The notes under the pieces are model-generated. The model was not told the origin of the DNA and ran no database searches. It was given only the letters and a program-made list of their open reading frames with translations. From Neodothiora populina (lineage: Eukaryota), in assembly GCF_041146345.1 (NCBI RefSeq), contig NW_027191413.1:1302001-1366000 (forward strand): DNA of 64,000 bases, read 5' to 3'. Within the stretch, counting starts at the first letter, position 1. Every line of letters begins with the position of its first letter. Of the stretch, positions 34,556-47,257 are shown piece by piece. The translations under genes and the position numbers were made by a program.

Positions 34556-35986
34556 ATGACGAACACCGATCCCAACATCGCAAGGCCACTGCCACCAATA
34601 CCTTATTCACCACCAAGCGATCCACTGCCGCTGGCCAGTCGCTTCGTTGAGGGAGTCGCACAGGTCGGAAAGGACGCGGCTCCACGACGTGTCAGTCAGA
34701 GGTGCAGACTTAATTGTACGCATGTTGTCATGGATCGCTTGTACGGACCTTACTTTTGTGATCTCTGCCAGCATCCCTCGCCATTGGGATGGCTGTATAA
34801 GTGTAGTCAAGATGAATTCGCCGCTGACAAGACGCTGCCCATCACCACAGAGGCTGTTTCTGACATGCCGTCTGCCGGACAGCTTCGAGCCTTTGGCTTC
34901 AGCGAGTCTATCATCTCACAGGCTGATGTTGGCGTATTTGACCCTGCGCAGATGCAATTTCTTCTTGACCAGAGAAAGCATCTATGCAAGGTCCTTGCGG
35001 CGGCTGAGCCCGCGACGCTCCCGGGCTCTGACGAGGCGTCTCGTGTCCACTCATCGAGCCAGCGAGGTATTAAGCTTTCGCAACCAGCACCAGTGGAAGT
35101 TCCTGAACCCACTGCCGATATCGTCAGAAAGGAGAAGCAGAGACCGTGTTATTTCAAGTGTTGCCACCGCTGTCGACCTTACATGATTGATCGTGGATGG
35201 ACATCTTTTGGTGCCGTGTTCGCGGATGAAGTGCGTCCATTGAGTCTGGATGATATCAAGATCTTGCCAATCAGGTCACCATGGATCGCACGAACTCTTG
35301 GTCAAAGCCCAAACGAAACAATCTTTGAGCCTGATACACCCGCTTCGTCCAAAGCTGGTCACTTCTACGACTCTAGTCCAAACACATCATTCCACAAGAC
35401 AGAGACAACCAGCGACTTCTACGACTCTTTCCCGTATTCCGAGGGCAGCTCATCCACCCATGAAGACGATGAGGAACAGCAGGTCGAAATGAACGCATTA
35501 GGACAAGCTCTCACCACGATGTATTTGGGAGCTCACGAGGACACAAGTTTGCATCAGCGCTCCGCTCGCCGCACTGCATTTTCCACCCCGTGCCCCTTCC
35601 CAAAGCGTACCATTCGCTACGTCAGCAGTAGCGATGACCGATCTTCGCCTTCTACATCTGTCTCCAGGAGTTCAAGCGTCAGTCTTCCAACGCCTGGTAG
35701 CTCATCACCGTTACGTGTCATGTCCGACAGCCCTGCAGCGCATAGCTATAGCTCACGCATAGGAACCCTGAGAGTTCACGAAGCCGTTCTCTACCAGAAT
35801 CCAACGGCGTCCTGCCCGACGATCTCCGTTCTTGGGTCTATACCACGCTCCATGTCGAGCAGAAACCCCAGCACGTGCAGCGTCACCGGCTCTAGCCAGA
35901 ATGGCGACGAAGCTGAGCTTGAAGGACGTGTTGCTTTGACCGAGGAGGCTCTTCGTACTCACACACCAGACCTTGTGATTGAGTAA
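34556..35986 (+). CDS. Uncharacterised fungal protein with two Cys-rich putative Zn-binding clusters and a Ser-rich tail
   Basis: 476-aa intronless ORF; CTHVVMDRLY..CDLC..GWLYKCSQD and CYFKCCHRCRPY..DR motifs. Confidence 0.72.
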   Translation: MTNTDPNIARPLPPIPYSPPSDPLPLASRFVEGVAQVGKDAAPRRVSQRCRLNCTHVVMDRLYGPYFCDLCQHPSPLGWLYKCSQDEFAADKTLPITTEAVSDMPSAGQLRAFGFSESIISQADVGVFDPAQMQFLLDQRKHLCKVLAAAEPATLPGSDEASRVHSSSQRGIKLSQPAPVEVPEPTADIVRKEKQRPCYFKCCHRCRPYMIDRGWTSFGAVFADEVRPLSLDDIKILPIRSPWIARTLGQSPNETIFEPDTPASSKAGHFYDSSPNTSFHKTETTSDFYDSFPYSEGSSSTHEDDEEQQVEMNALGQALTTMYLGAHEDTSLHQRSARRTAFSTPCPFPKRTIRYVSSSDDRSSPSTSVSRSSSVSLPTPGSSSPLRVMSDSPAAHSYSSRIGTLRVHEAVLYQNPTASCPTISVLGSIPRSMSSRNPSTCSVTGSSQNGDEAELEGRVALTEEALRTHTPDLVIE

Positions 35987-37044
35987 CACTGCACCAAACG
36001 ACATCATGGCTCAGTCCTAGGTAAAAACCGGATGCGATGTTGATATCATCGACGCAGCATTACCAACAGCCATGCATGATCAGCCAGCTGTGATTCGAAC
36101 ATCTGTCGTTGCATGTATTAGACAGGCATAAGTGATCGCCATCCCGATTCTCCGCAACAGAGCAATTCGGTGGATATTGCATCTTAATCGCCTGAGATGA
36201 GGATGAAAAATATTATGGCTTTTGGGAGTATGTTGCTTGCTTTCCGGTGTTTTTTGTTTCTACCTTCTGCTTTGTTGATAGCGATAAGAAAATACTGCAT
36301 CTAACGCAGTAGAGTTTACACCATTCCTGTCATCCGCCATGAAACGTTTCACTACACCGTACCCCTACTCTACAAGTATCTCATGACTGCAGGTACATAG
36401 TTAAAGTTCTAGCCCTCGTCCATTCACGGGGCGTCCGGCAGCTTCAAGAGCCGCTCCCCCCGTTACCCGCGTTCCGGGGTAATGGTAGCCGCAATGCAGC
36501 CACTCCTTCGCCATCTGCACCAATATGCATGTCTTAGAGAGCAGAGCATCACTCGATGCAATGCTCGGTGCACGAGGTGATTCTACAATCTTCGATGCTG
36601 GTTGTGATGTACCAGGCTTATATGAAGTGTGACAAGAGCTTATCGGTCCCCAACTTTTTGGTGTGTGGGGTGACACAGAGCGGCATGACAAACAAAAACC
36701 CGCATCCCACACTCACACCAAATGCTACGCGCCGGCCGAGATTATAAGTACAGGCACGTGCCATGTTACAGCAGCGACGAAAGGACTAGCAACAGTGAGA
36801 GGAAGAAAAAAATCCCTCCACGCTCATCAAGCCGTTCTGGTCTCTCAATTGCTTTCATATATCAGAAGGATACGGTAGCTTCTCGAATCCTTGTGTCTTG
36901 CTGCTTCTTTTTGGCTGCCGTTATTATTTCCTCTGCCTGCTCCTTCTCCTGCTGCTCACAGTCCTCAAGGTAGTATCACCGTACTGTCATCTGTCTACTT
37001 TGTTGCCTCGTTTGTGTCTTTGTGTTTGTGTGTAACAGAAAATA

Positions 37045-39067
37045 ATGTCTCTGGCACAGCACGTTACTGAACACCAGGGTTTTGATCGTGTCGAAGACGA
37101 AGTTGGAGCAGCGAACCCCCAATGGCTTGCTCACCGTCCCATCCGTCGCGAATTGAGTTATGATGCCTTCCCTCCGCTTGAGCGAGAAGTGACCCTCAAG
37201 GAGGATTTCGGTGGTGTGACACCTTACAATGTGTCTGTTTACAAGAGGATAGGTATGTGGCTTTTCTTTTCTGTACTTCTCCTTCAATCTTGCTTGATTA
37301 CTCTACAGCAGTATCTGTGTACTTGTAAATTGTGGAAAGACATGGCAAAACTTTGACCTTCAATGCTTCCTCGCTCTGATTATCAATTCTTCTTTGTCTC
37401 TCTGCCCCTCCTACATAACCCATGTAAATGGATTTACATTTTTCTAATAGTTTTTTAAAGCTCAGATCGTTACCATTACTGTTGCTTGTTGGGTTGCTAG
37501 TGGCATAGTCTTCGGCTTCGCAGCCCTCAAGCCCGTCTTTGTCCGAGAGGGCGTCTATCGAGAATACTGCACACAGGAAGAACTCGACAACAATGTGGAT
37601 TTATGCTACGAGCAAGACCTTCATTTGAACTTCTTTTTCAGTCTGGCATCGACCACCACAAATGTTTCCGCATTGCCAGTCGGCACGATCCTCGATCGCT
37701 TCGGGCCAAGGGTGTGTTATGTGACCGGGTGTATCAGTCTAGCGCTGGGTAGTATGTTGATGAGCTATGCGTTTTCTATACCCGAATTCGACGGCTACAC
37801 GATCGGCAATTTCTTTCTAGCGCTAGGTGGCACTTTCATCTTCGTGCCTAGCTTTCAGATCGCCAATGCATTCCCCAAATATTCGGGCACCATTGTCGCC
37901 GCCATCACGGGCGCTTTCGACGCCTCGGCTGCTGTCTTTTTGTTCTATCGACTTGCTTATGATGCTAGCGAGGGCGAGTTCGGTCCTGATGACTTTTTCC
38001 GCTGGTACACGGTTGTCCCTGTCGTGATTCTTCTCGCTCAACTCACATATCTTCCCTCCGAGGCCTACAAGACCGCTCCGCAGCTCGAACACAAGATCGA
38101 GAGGGCCAAAGATGCGGCGACTGATGTGCATAGTTCGGATGAAGAACTCGAACACCGAGAGCGTTTGCGTGTCATTTCGCAGAGGAGCGTACGCAGAAAG
38201 AGAAAGCTGAGCAAGTTGGACGAGTTATTGGGTGATGAGGAAGCAAGACGAGAGCAAACCATGAAGCATGAGAAGAAATTGGCCAAGAGTGGTGTATGGG
38301 GTGTCCTTCACAGCCAGACTGCAGCCCAGCAAATGATGAGTCCGTGGTTCATTCTCATCGCTTTGCTTACCGTCTTGCAGATGGTCAGAATGGTAAGTTA
38401 CTGATCTGTCTGATAGCTCTGCCTATTGCATCCGTTGAGACCCGATCTAACATTTCTCCAGAACTATTTCATCTCAACGATTGACAGCCAATACGAATAC
38501 ATGCTCCACTCGCGCACAGAAGCCGAGAAGATAATGACCTTCTTCGACATCGCTCTGCCCGTGGGCGGAGTGGCATGCACGCCCTTTTTAGGTCTTCTGC
38601 TCGACAACGTAAGCATGGACGGCATCCTGGCCATAATAACCGTCATGATCACAGCCATCGGCATCTTCGGCTCTCTGCCTTATCTCTGGGCGGGCTACAT
38701 CAATGTCACTCTCTTTGTCATGCTCCGTCCACTGTACTACTCCGCCATGTCCGACTACGCGGCCAAGGTCTTCGGGTTCGCCACCTTCGGCCGCGTGTAC
38801 GGCACCATCATCGCGTTGTCCGGGATTGTCAATTTCTCTCAGACGGGTATCGTGGCGTTGACAAAGTATGCTTTCCACGATAATCCGATCCCCGTGAATG
38901 TCTTCGTCGCTACTGCAGGGTTTGTCATTGGCACTGCGATCGCGGGTTTTGTCGCTGTGCAGGGCAGGAGAGAGAAGAGGAGGCAGGAGGAAGAGGACGC
39001 TAATGGGGAGAATCAGAGTTTGATGGAGAGCGTGCTCGAGGACGAGAGCGAGTATGGAACTTTCTGA
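37045..39067 (+). CDS. FMP42: MFS transporter, Fmp42/SLC43 (LAT3)-like
   Basis: CW..SGIVFGFAALKPV, ALPVGTILDRFGPR, ITGAFDAS, RMNYFISTI and FGFATFGRVYG motifs. Introns 37253-37460 and 38393-38461. Confidence 0.85.
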
Positions 39068-40593
39068 GATGCTTTTTTCTTCTTTCACGATAGCGATGCA
39101 AGAATGACATGAAGGAGAAGGGAAAGGAAGGCTACGAAGTAACAAGTGCGCGGAGATGAGGGCTAGTATTCCTTCGAGCGGATCTGATGTTTTGATAGTT
39201 ACGACTGATTTTCTTTTCTACTTCACTGGCGAAAGCAAGCGAGCGATATGTAACACTGCTTTTTGCTTTGCTTCTCCTCAGGGGGTGGCTGATGGTAGGG
39301 GGAAACCCATTTCACGACTATATATCCTAATAGACCAATGCTATTCATAAATCATTAATCACATACATGTACCCTACTCTTGCTCATCCGAAAAGGACCT
39401 CTTGCAATTGAACAATCCACCAACAACTTGAAACGATGAAAATGGGAAAAGCCCAGAGAACCATAACTTCGACACCTCCGCCCCCAGACCAAAAAGTGAC
39501 AATAAGTGAACCACACACCTCAAGTGAGCGTCGCCGAAACCAAAAAAACCAAGAAGCAGTATCTAGTCGATCCAAGAGCCTCAGCGCAGCGCATGCACGA
39601 CATGTAGTCGCATCCGACGAATAAGACCCAAAAGCGACTTCCACGCACCAAGAGCGGATGTCGCTACCGCACAAACCTCTGATTCTACAATACGTTGATC
39701 TCGCCTTTTCGACCCGCACTGTGATTTCACCCTCATCTGTCCATTCTCTGGGGAGTGAAGTACATTTACAGGATATGCAAATATGCGACTCTTCTCAACA
39801 CCGTTTGTTCTTGTGTTTTACATGACTTGAAGGCACAGTATGCGATAGGGCGATAGGGGTGGTGGCATCGGATATTTGCAGGGGTTGTTTTGCTTCTTTC
39901 GCGTTCGTTGCTTCTTGGTCTCGAGGTGCGAGCGGTAAGATTACTTGCTTGCTTGACTGCTTGCATCGTGTCGTGGTGTGATCGCTGTGGAACAAGTGTC
40001 GCGGTCAAGGTGAGATGAGGTACGGTCACTGTCGGGGAAGGTGAGACAGGTAGCTTTCCGCGTGTGTGTGAACGTGTAAGGGTGTGTAGTAGTCTCAGTC
40101 ACATCTGTCTTGAGCTCAACCTTGTCAGATGATGAGTGAGTGAGATGGTTGGCTGAATGATTTTTTTCGGGAAGTAAGATTCCTGGACGCATGTGGATGC
40201 ATATCGCGGTGAGGGATGGGAGAGTGCATGTACGTGTGTTGCTTGATATCTGTGCAAGTGTCTAAGTAGAGACTTAAGTCAGATGGATAGGTAAGCAGGT
40301 AGGCAAATGCAAATAGGTAGCTGCATGGAGCGCAACAAGAGAGGCCTAGGTAACATCGTAGCACGGTTGGGGAAGAGGAAACAAATGGAAGCGAAATGTA
40401 GTTTCACAAGGATTATCCACTTGTGAAGACATCTGGCCAGGGTTCACCCCCCAGGAAGATCAATGTAGGTATATACGTCCTCACAGTGTCATCATTCAAT
40501 GCGTCAATACCAGATGCGTCAAATGTGACTCCGTGACAAATGAAGAAGAAGAAAGAGAAAAAGAGCTACATAAGGTGTGAAAAGACAAAAATT

Positions 40594-42125
40594 TCAATGC
40601 CACACATTGGTGACGTGCGCATTGTCTTCCACCAGGCCGACAAGCGCTGCGTGAACAAAAGAAACTTCATTGTTGACGGTGGTCACTTCCACCTCGACAG
40701 TATGTGTGATAGCGAAGGGATCCTCCTGTGGTTTGATGTGTTCCTGACTCGAGGAGGTGGGTATGTGTTTGGCGTTTGTCCGCGGCCTCTTCTGCGATAT
40801 GACAGAGCCAAGGGATATGCTTTCGACGAATTTCTCGTGCACGCTACCGTGTTTAGCGATCGTGCCTCGGATATATCTGATGAAGCTGGTGAATAAAGGT
40901 CGAGTTATTGGTATCGAGGCCACGGTCATGACAATGTTGAGCTCAACCGATATCCATATCGCGTAGGGCACCAGATCGTCTGTGATGGCGCTAATGTCAG
41001 TATTGCGCTGATAATGCAAGTTGACCTCCAGTTTGCAAAGAGCACATACACGTATAATCGACGATTTGATTCAGTGATTTTGACTCGTATGTTTTGACGA
41101 TCGATGCCACCATAGCACTGGTAGATATGTCAGCAGCCGTGCGAGAGGAAGATCGCAACTCAATAGCTTACACTGAACTCAGACAAAGTAGAAGGGCAAG
41201 GCCAATCTTCTGCCTTAACGGTATATTCGTGTGAATGATCATGATACCAGGTAATATGGTTAAGTAAATGTCTGTTATCGTGTTGATAGCTGTCGAATGA
41301 TGAGTTCCACTGGGAGACACACGCGGGATAAGATGAGCATACTTACATCCGGCAAAGTAGTTGTAGTTGGCTTGGACACTAGGATCCCAGCAGTAGCCTT
41401 GCACTTGATCCCAATCGTTGGTGAAGAACAAAACATTCAAGTGAGTGCCACACTGGCTGTACATGGTTATGACAGACCCAAGATTCACCAAGATCTGAAG
41501 GGCAATGAAGACGTATATGGTCCATTTCTTGATGTGAGGATCAGTGCCTGCAATGAACATCAATGAGATACAAAAGCTCATGCGGCCGAACATTGGTGAC
41601 AAGAAACCCCATGCAAGAGATATGAATCCTATCCGCATTGCATATTCTCGTTGATGACTAGACAAGAAGACCAAATGTCTTCCCAATCCATTCTCATAAG
41701 ACAGTGTTACGAAAATAGCTTGCAAGTATCCGAATATCTTCATATTTGTGTCAGCCTCATAAGCTCAAAGTTGTTGACGTGACACAGCATACCAATGCGG
41801 CGACGATCAGAGCATCATCGTAGAAGATACGTCTCATAGTTCTCCACTTGACCAGCAGCCGACAAAATATCACTATTGTCGATATCGCAAGTAAAATCCA
41901 GATGACTCGCATCATTGGTGCTCCTCTATTCGTATCGTGATTGGCCACGAGTGTTTTGAGGGTGTTTATTAGCTGTCTAGTGCCCATGGCAGTGATGGCG
42001 CCTGCAAAGGATTCCTGTTCGGGAGGAAGCCTCGCTGCTACATCTTTCGCAGTCATTTGGCCGCTTTCCAAGGCAGCCAGCGTGGCCGAGGGATCACCCT
42101 CTGATAACAGCGAAGCGAGAGACAT
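40594..42125 (-). CDS. PTH11-like fungal rhodopsin-domain integral membrane protein (no CFEM)
   Basis: RL..KW...RIFYDD.L, GLGRH, N..TD..L..LP, QKIGL.LLL, A..ASIVK, W...ELN....ASIP..RPLF motifs. Exons 42125-41793, 41737-41347, 41289-41172, 41117-41050, 40979-40594. Confidence 0.85.
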
Positions 42126-43391
42126 AATGAATGGCCCCTCTCCACATAGGCCGAAGTAAAAAGGTATGTTACCTCGTCGTCAAAGACGTCCAGCGCCACC
42201 GTGGAGAGCAATCAGGCAGGAAGTTAAAGTATTCCGGAAGCCGAGTCGAAGGAAGCTCTGAAGAGGGAGGTGCACACTATATTGGCCAACAGAGATGGAA
42301 GACCGACCAGTCCGTATATAGAGCAGAAGTGATCTGCTCTGGGGCTCACCAACTCGACAGGCCAGAATTGCGAGAAGTTTGAATTGAACTCGTCATCTTC
42401 TACCGTGCAGTCGGGGCCGTAGGGGCTGCGTGAGCCCTCCATAACCTCATGCTTGTATCTATAGCATGGGCTGGTATTCCCATCGTCCATTTTCTTCATC
42501 TATAGTGCGTCTTGGCATTGTAAGAGAATAGATTGAGGTCAAGGTCTTTGAGTGCGACCGGCACAGATACCGCCCATTGGTGGAGTGGTGGACCCGAAAG
42601 CAGATAATTACCGGAGTAGGATGGGAGTTGGAGATCATCGACTACTGTAAGCGGGTCGGAAGGACGGCGTCGACGCCACGAATGGTTGTAAACTGATAAT
42701 GCCTAGTGTCTGTGTCTGGCGAACCAATAAAAGAAAGTGTTAGAACCGACCGTGCGATCGCTTCACAGGACCGACCTCAAAGTCGCATTATGCCATCTCC
42801 AACTCTACAGTGGTAAATGCTCAAGCGTTTCGCGCGTGGCATCTCATGTATTCGAAAGTCCTTCATTGACATGATCGACGCGTACTGATCCGCAAGAGAG
42901 AAATGATCCACTTCTCCAGCTGAGATCTACTGTACAAACACTCTATCTTAGACAAAACCCTACCGCTACGGCTATCCATGTCACGCGGTTCTTTGATCAT
43001 TTCATATCGCTCACAGACCATAATCTGCCACCTTAAAGGAGGGTTTGCCCAGGCACTGGTGGTTTGCTTCATATCAAGCAACCAGGCACAAATTCAGAAA
43101 ATGCTCGTACAGTCCCTGTCTGTATACTCACACTTTAAGGATACGCCGAGAAGTGTCAAGAAACACTCCCACAGACGTTCGAAACACCCAAAAGGTCAGA
43201 TAACACGAGCCGTGCATACAGCAGAATGATTGTCGCATCACAATGCTGGCTAGAGGCGCTATACGTTTGTCCGGCAAAATTATTATTTTGGTCCCGAAAC
43301 GACCCTATCTATTCTAACTTGGTAAGGTACGTTATATTACCTTGTTCCTGGAAATCACGAGGCCTGCAGGATGTCGCTTGCGATGGCACAT

Positions 43392-46300
43392 TTACTCGCT
43401 AAGCAATGTCCTGATATCCTCGATTCTCTGCAGTTTCTTTTCTTCATCACTCATCATACCAAGCGAACTTGCGCTGTTAGATGAAGTAAGCACCTTTTCA
43501 ATTAAGCAAGACATTGTCGACAATAAACTTACATGAATTTTTTCCGGTCCTGGACCCTCAACATTTTTTCCTCAATACTGCGTTCGACCACGAATCGGAT
43601 CACTTTGACGGGTTCGGTTTGTCCCATACGGTGTACCCGATCAATGGCCTGTGACTCAATTGCCCAACTCCACCAAGGGTCAAGCATAAAGACCTTGTTT
43701 GCGCAAGTCAGGTTCAAGCCCACACCGCCTGCCTTCAAGGAGAGTAATAGTACACATCCTTTGGGACGATCTGCGAATTGCTTGAGTACAACAGCGCGGT
43801 GTTTTTGACTCATAGATCCATCAAAACGGAGGTAGGGAATTGACGCGGCGGTCAGCGCCGGCTCGAGTAAGTCGAGGAAGGATGTAAATTGTGAAAAGAC
43901 GACAGACTTGGACAACGGCTCTGTGCGCTTGATGTTCTTGAGATGAAGAAGCAGAGTGGATATCTTAGCTGAAGAGAGCTGATTAACTCTTCGAAGAGAA
44001 ATCCGTGACTTTGAGCTCGATGGCGAAGATTTGTTCGAAACGCTGTAAAGATCATCAATTTCGCTAGCTTTCGATTCGAACGATGCCATTGCTGTAGGCT
44101 GAATGTCGTCATCGCCATTGTCGTCATGTCTGACCACTTCGAAAACATCGCGTGCATTGATGGGCTCTCGACAATTAAAGCATCTTGCAATCTCGCCCTT
44201 GCTGGTCTCCTTTTCAATGTAGTCAAGAAGACAAGTCTTACACGCGCTATGCCAGCACCCGGTGACTGCTTGATCCTCCATAGGCTCCTCCAGACAGATT
44301 GGACATTCGTTCTCGGCCTCGTCTTGGATCTGTTTCAGCACATGCGCGCCGTACTTGCTAGCATCTTGGTCATCCTCGTCCGCCTCGAATCTCTCTATCA
44401 GACACTGTAAGTCCATGTCGTCGGCAAAACCATTGGCTATGTCAACAGCTGCAGCAGCGTCTTCCTCCTCCGCCACTATGTCCTTTTTGCGCGTCAAGAT
44501 AGGATGACAACATGACTGCCGTAGACGCAGGATCTGTGCAAGCATAGTCGTGTATGATTTCATCAGAGTGCCAGCTTCAACGTTAGTGTTGAAGGTACGC
44601 TTGACGCGGGCGAATATATGATCGTAAAGTTCGCGTTCAACCTTGGACAGCACAATCTTCTCGACCTCAATGGTCCGCGGAGGAAGTGGTACGAGCGCCT
44701 CTCCAGACGGTGTTTTCATATCCTTGGTTCGACGAAGTACTAATGGTTCGAGAACGGTCTGTACAACATCGAGAGCCCGAATGAAGTCTTTGGATTCGAA
44801 TGGTACAGTGATGAATGTTTTCCAGAAAGAAAAGTTGCTCCATGGTTCTACGCGCAAGAACCTCACCAGACTGAATAGATCTTCTAAGCGGTTCACGATA
44901 GGTGTACCCGTCAAGACCCAGCGGTGTTCAGCACTGATTTCGTAGCAAGCCTTGGCTGTCTTCGATTGCCTGTTTTTGATCGAGTGAGCTTCGTCAAGGA
45001 TGACGCGAAAAAACTCCACGGAGAAGAGCCCGCCATGAGAGCTCCTCTGACCGCCAGTAGCAGCAACCTGATTAAACTCTGACAGGATGGTTCCGTAGCT
45101 GGTAATGATAAGATTCGGAGCCGAAGACGCGTTCGCCTCACAGCACAGACTCTGCAGGTTGGCGCTCTTCTCGCTGCCGTAGTATACAAGAGTCTTCAGT
45201 GTACCATGCTTGGATGCCTTTTCGGCTTCGCTTTGCCACTGTGCAAGTAGTGACATGGGCGCAACAACAAGCGTTGTACACGGCGCACGCTCCACTTTGG
45301 ACGAGTTCTTCGGCAGACGAGGCAGATCGAAAGAGGTGGAGGTTTTGCGACCATGAAGACCGTACTCGGACGTGTGTGTGTGGATCAGACTTAGCATCTC
45401 AATAGTCTTGCCCAGGCCCATTTCATCGGCTAATATTCCGCCCAGACAGTTTTGTTCCTGGACCGGAAATTCCAGTGAAAGTTCGCCGGAATAAGGATTG
45501 ACATAAAAGCTCGGCTGATGCGCGACCTGGGGTAGTTCTTGATCGGCCGCGTCCTTGACTGGCCAAAGGTACTCCTCCCAGAGTGGATGCATGGACTGTT
45601 CCTTGTGATCGGCCTTTTGGTCTGTTTCCTTACCTACAAGCCAATGCAGAGCCTGCTTCTGGTACTTTCGCAAATCCATGGTGAATGTTTCGGCAGGCTG
45701 CATCTCGGGGGTATCAAAGTCAAAGGATTGCGCCTTCTTGTACAAGCTATCGAGTTGGTCTTGCTCGAGCTCCTGTCCCTCCTCGGCACTGTCAGATGGC
45801 GGCGAGGAAGCGCCGTCTTCGTTTGGTTTGCCGCTCTTTGGTGTCTTGTCGCCCGCTTTTTCATACTGCTCCGCGATCTCGGCTGCTTGCAAGATACCCT
45901 GTCGCTTGTGCTTCTCCGTGGTCTCATTTGCCCTGCATGGATGTAGATCGATTTCCACGAATAATTTGACGAGGGCGACTTGACGGAGGCGGAGGTCTCT
46001 TTCATCTTGCGTCTCCTTCGCCTCGAAAATGCCGGTCTGGCGATTGTTGTCTAGTGGTTTGATGAAATGGCCAGCCTCAAAAGCGGTGCGGAGGAGGAAG
46101 CATCGTAGTTGCAGGTAGATAGTGTCGTTGGTGCGTATACGTTCAGGCGCATAGATGCAATGTCCTTCCATCACGCAGACCTGCTGGTCAAGCAAAGTTG
46201 AGATCCAGGCAGCGGACTCTTGCTGCAGTCGACCGACCTCTTCGCCCTTTGCATTTTTGAACCGCACGACAACATCCTGGATCTTGTTTTGCACAGGCAT

Positions 46301-46918
46301 CGGCCTTCCTCCACGCCCGACCTTGGTCTTTGGCTGGGTCCGCGTCCTTTCAATCGTAATTGTCTCGTCTGATGTGATGATACCGCGTCCGCTCCGTGTA
46401 GCCCACCCAGTGACTCCCATGGAACCAATATACCTCTTCTTGGGTGTTTCGGCCAATTTGGTCTGGACGGCCTTTGCGCGAGCAATGGTCGAAGATTCAT
46501 CCTTCGATGACTTAGACGCTGACGTTGGCTGTTTATCCTGAATTATGGAAGCCGGAGTGGTTTTGTTGGTATCGTCGTTCAGGGAGTGTGACTTCCACGA
46601 CCCATCAAAGTAAATGTTGATCGCTCGCTCGACGTCATTGCCGCATATGGATTGCAATGTGCTGATGGTCGAGGGTGGCAATTCTTCGCCCACGAAGTTT
46701 GTGAACAGCTCTGGATCGAAGGCATCATAGCCATCTCGGTTCGTACTGTTGGTGTCAACTGTCTGGTCTTTGACACTGGTCTCTGCCAAGGCATTCAATC
46801 CATCGGGAAACGATGCTTCGGGGGCAAATGTTGCATCCTTGAAGTCTTCCTCTTCATCGACATCCACGAACATGCGTCGTTTCTTAGTCGGCCGCTCCGA
46901 TGCATCTGTTGAGATCAT
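43392..46918 (-). CDS. RAD5: DNA repair helicase/E3 ligase Rad5 (HIRAN, SNF2 ATPase, RING, HelicC)
   Basis: HIRAN-like region (RYIGSMGVTGWATRSG..EVGRL), GGILADEMGLGKT, DEAH, RING CPIC..CWHSAC..C..CFNCR, QAIDRVHRMGQ. Last intron 43532-43474 gives the terminus IASSLGMMSDEEKKLQRIEDIRTLLSE*. Confidence 0.95.
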
Positions 46919-46986
46919 GATAGTGCCATCCGCCCTTTGCAGGTAAAGGTCATACCAGCTATGTTGGGATACCTTTGGTCAGCCTG

Positions 46987-47064
46987 ACGCGAAACGAGTA
47001 TGAGGCAAAGTAGACGTGAACAAAGTAGCAGTTACTCTTTTGAGAAGACGCGCCCCAGACGCGA
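46987..47064. promoter_or_regulatory. MCB/SCB-like ACGCG sites in the 340-bp divergent RAD5/NDUFAF6 promoter
   Basis: ACGCGAAA at 46987, ACGCGC at 47048, ACGCGA at 47059. Confidence 0.5.
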
Positions 47065-47257
47065 CTTCCATTTGACGGACTGTAATTGAAGCTTGGCGCC
47101 GTCATCTCCGCATTAATTACCTAGTCAGGGCGACTAATTAATTCCATCATTATTTGTCTTCCATTTGCACATAAACCAATGGTCAGCAACTACATTGTAC
47201 CTTGACATTCTCCCACATAACTCCGTGTGAATTGACCTCCGTACAAGGAAAGCATAC

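Noticed and set aside
37252..37465. Stwintron (nested intron) model for the first Fmp42-like intron
   Set aside because: The frame would work, but I see no convincing internal branch site, and the simple intron already gives a plausible KRIAQI junction.
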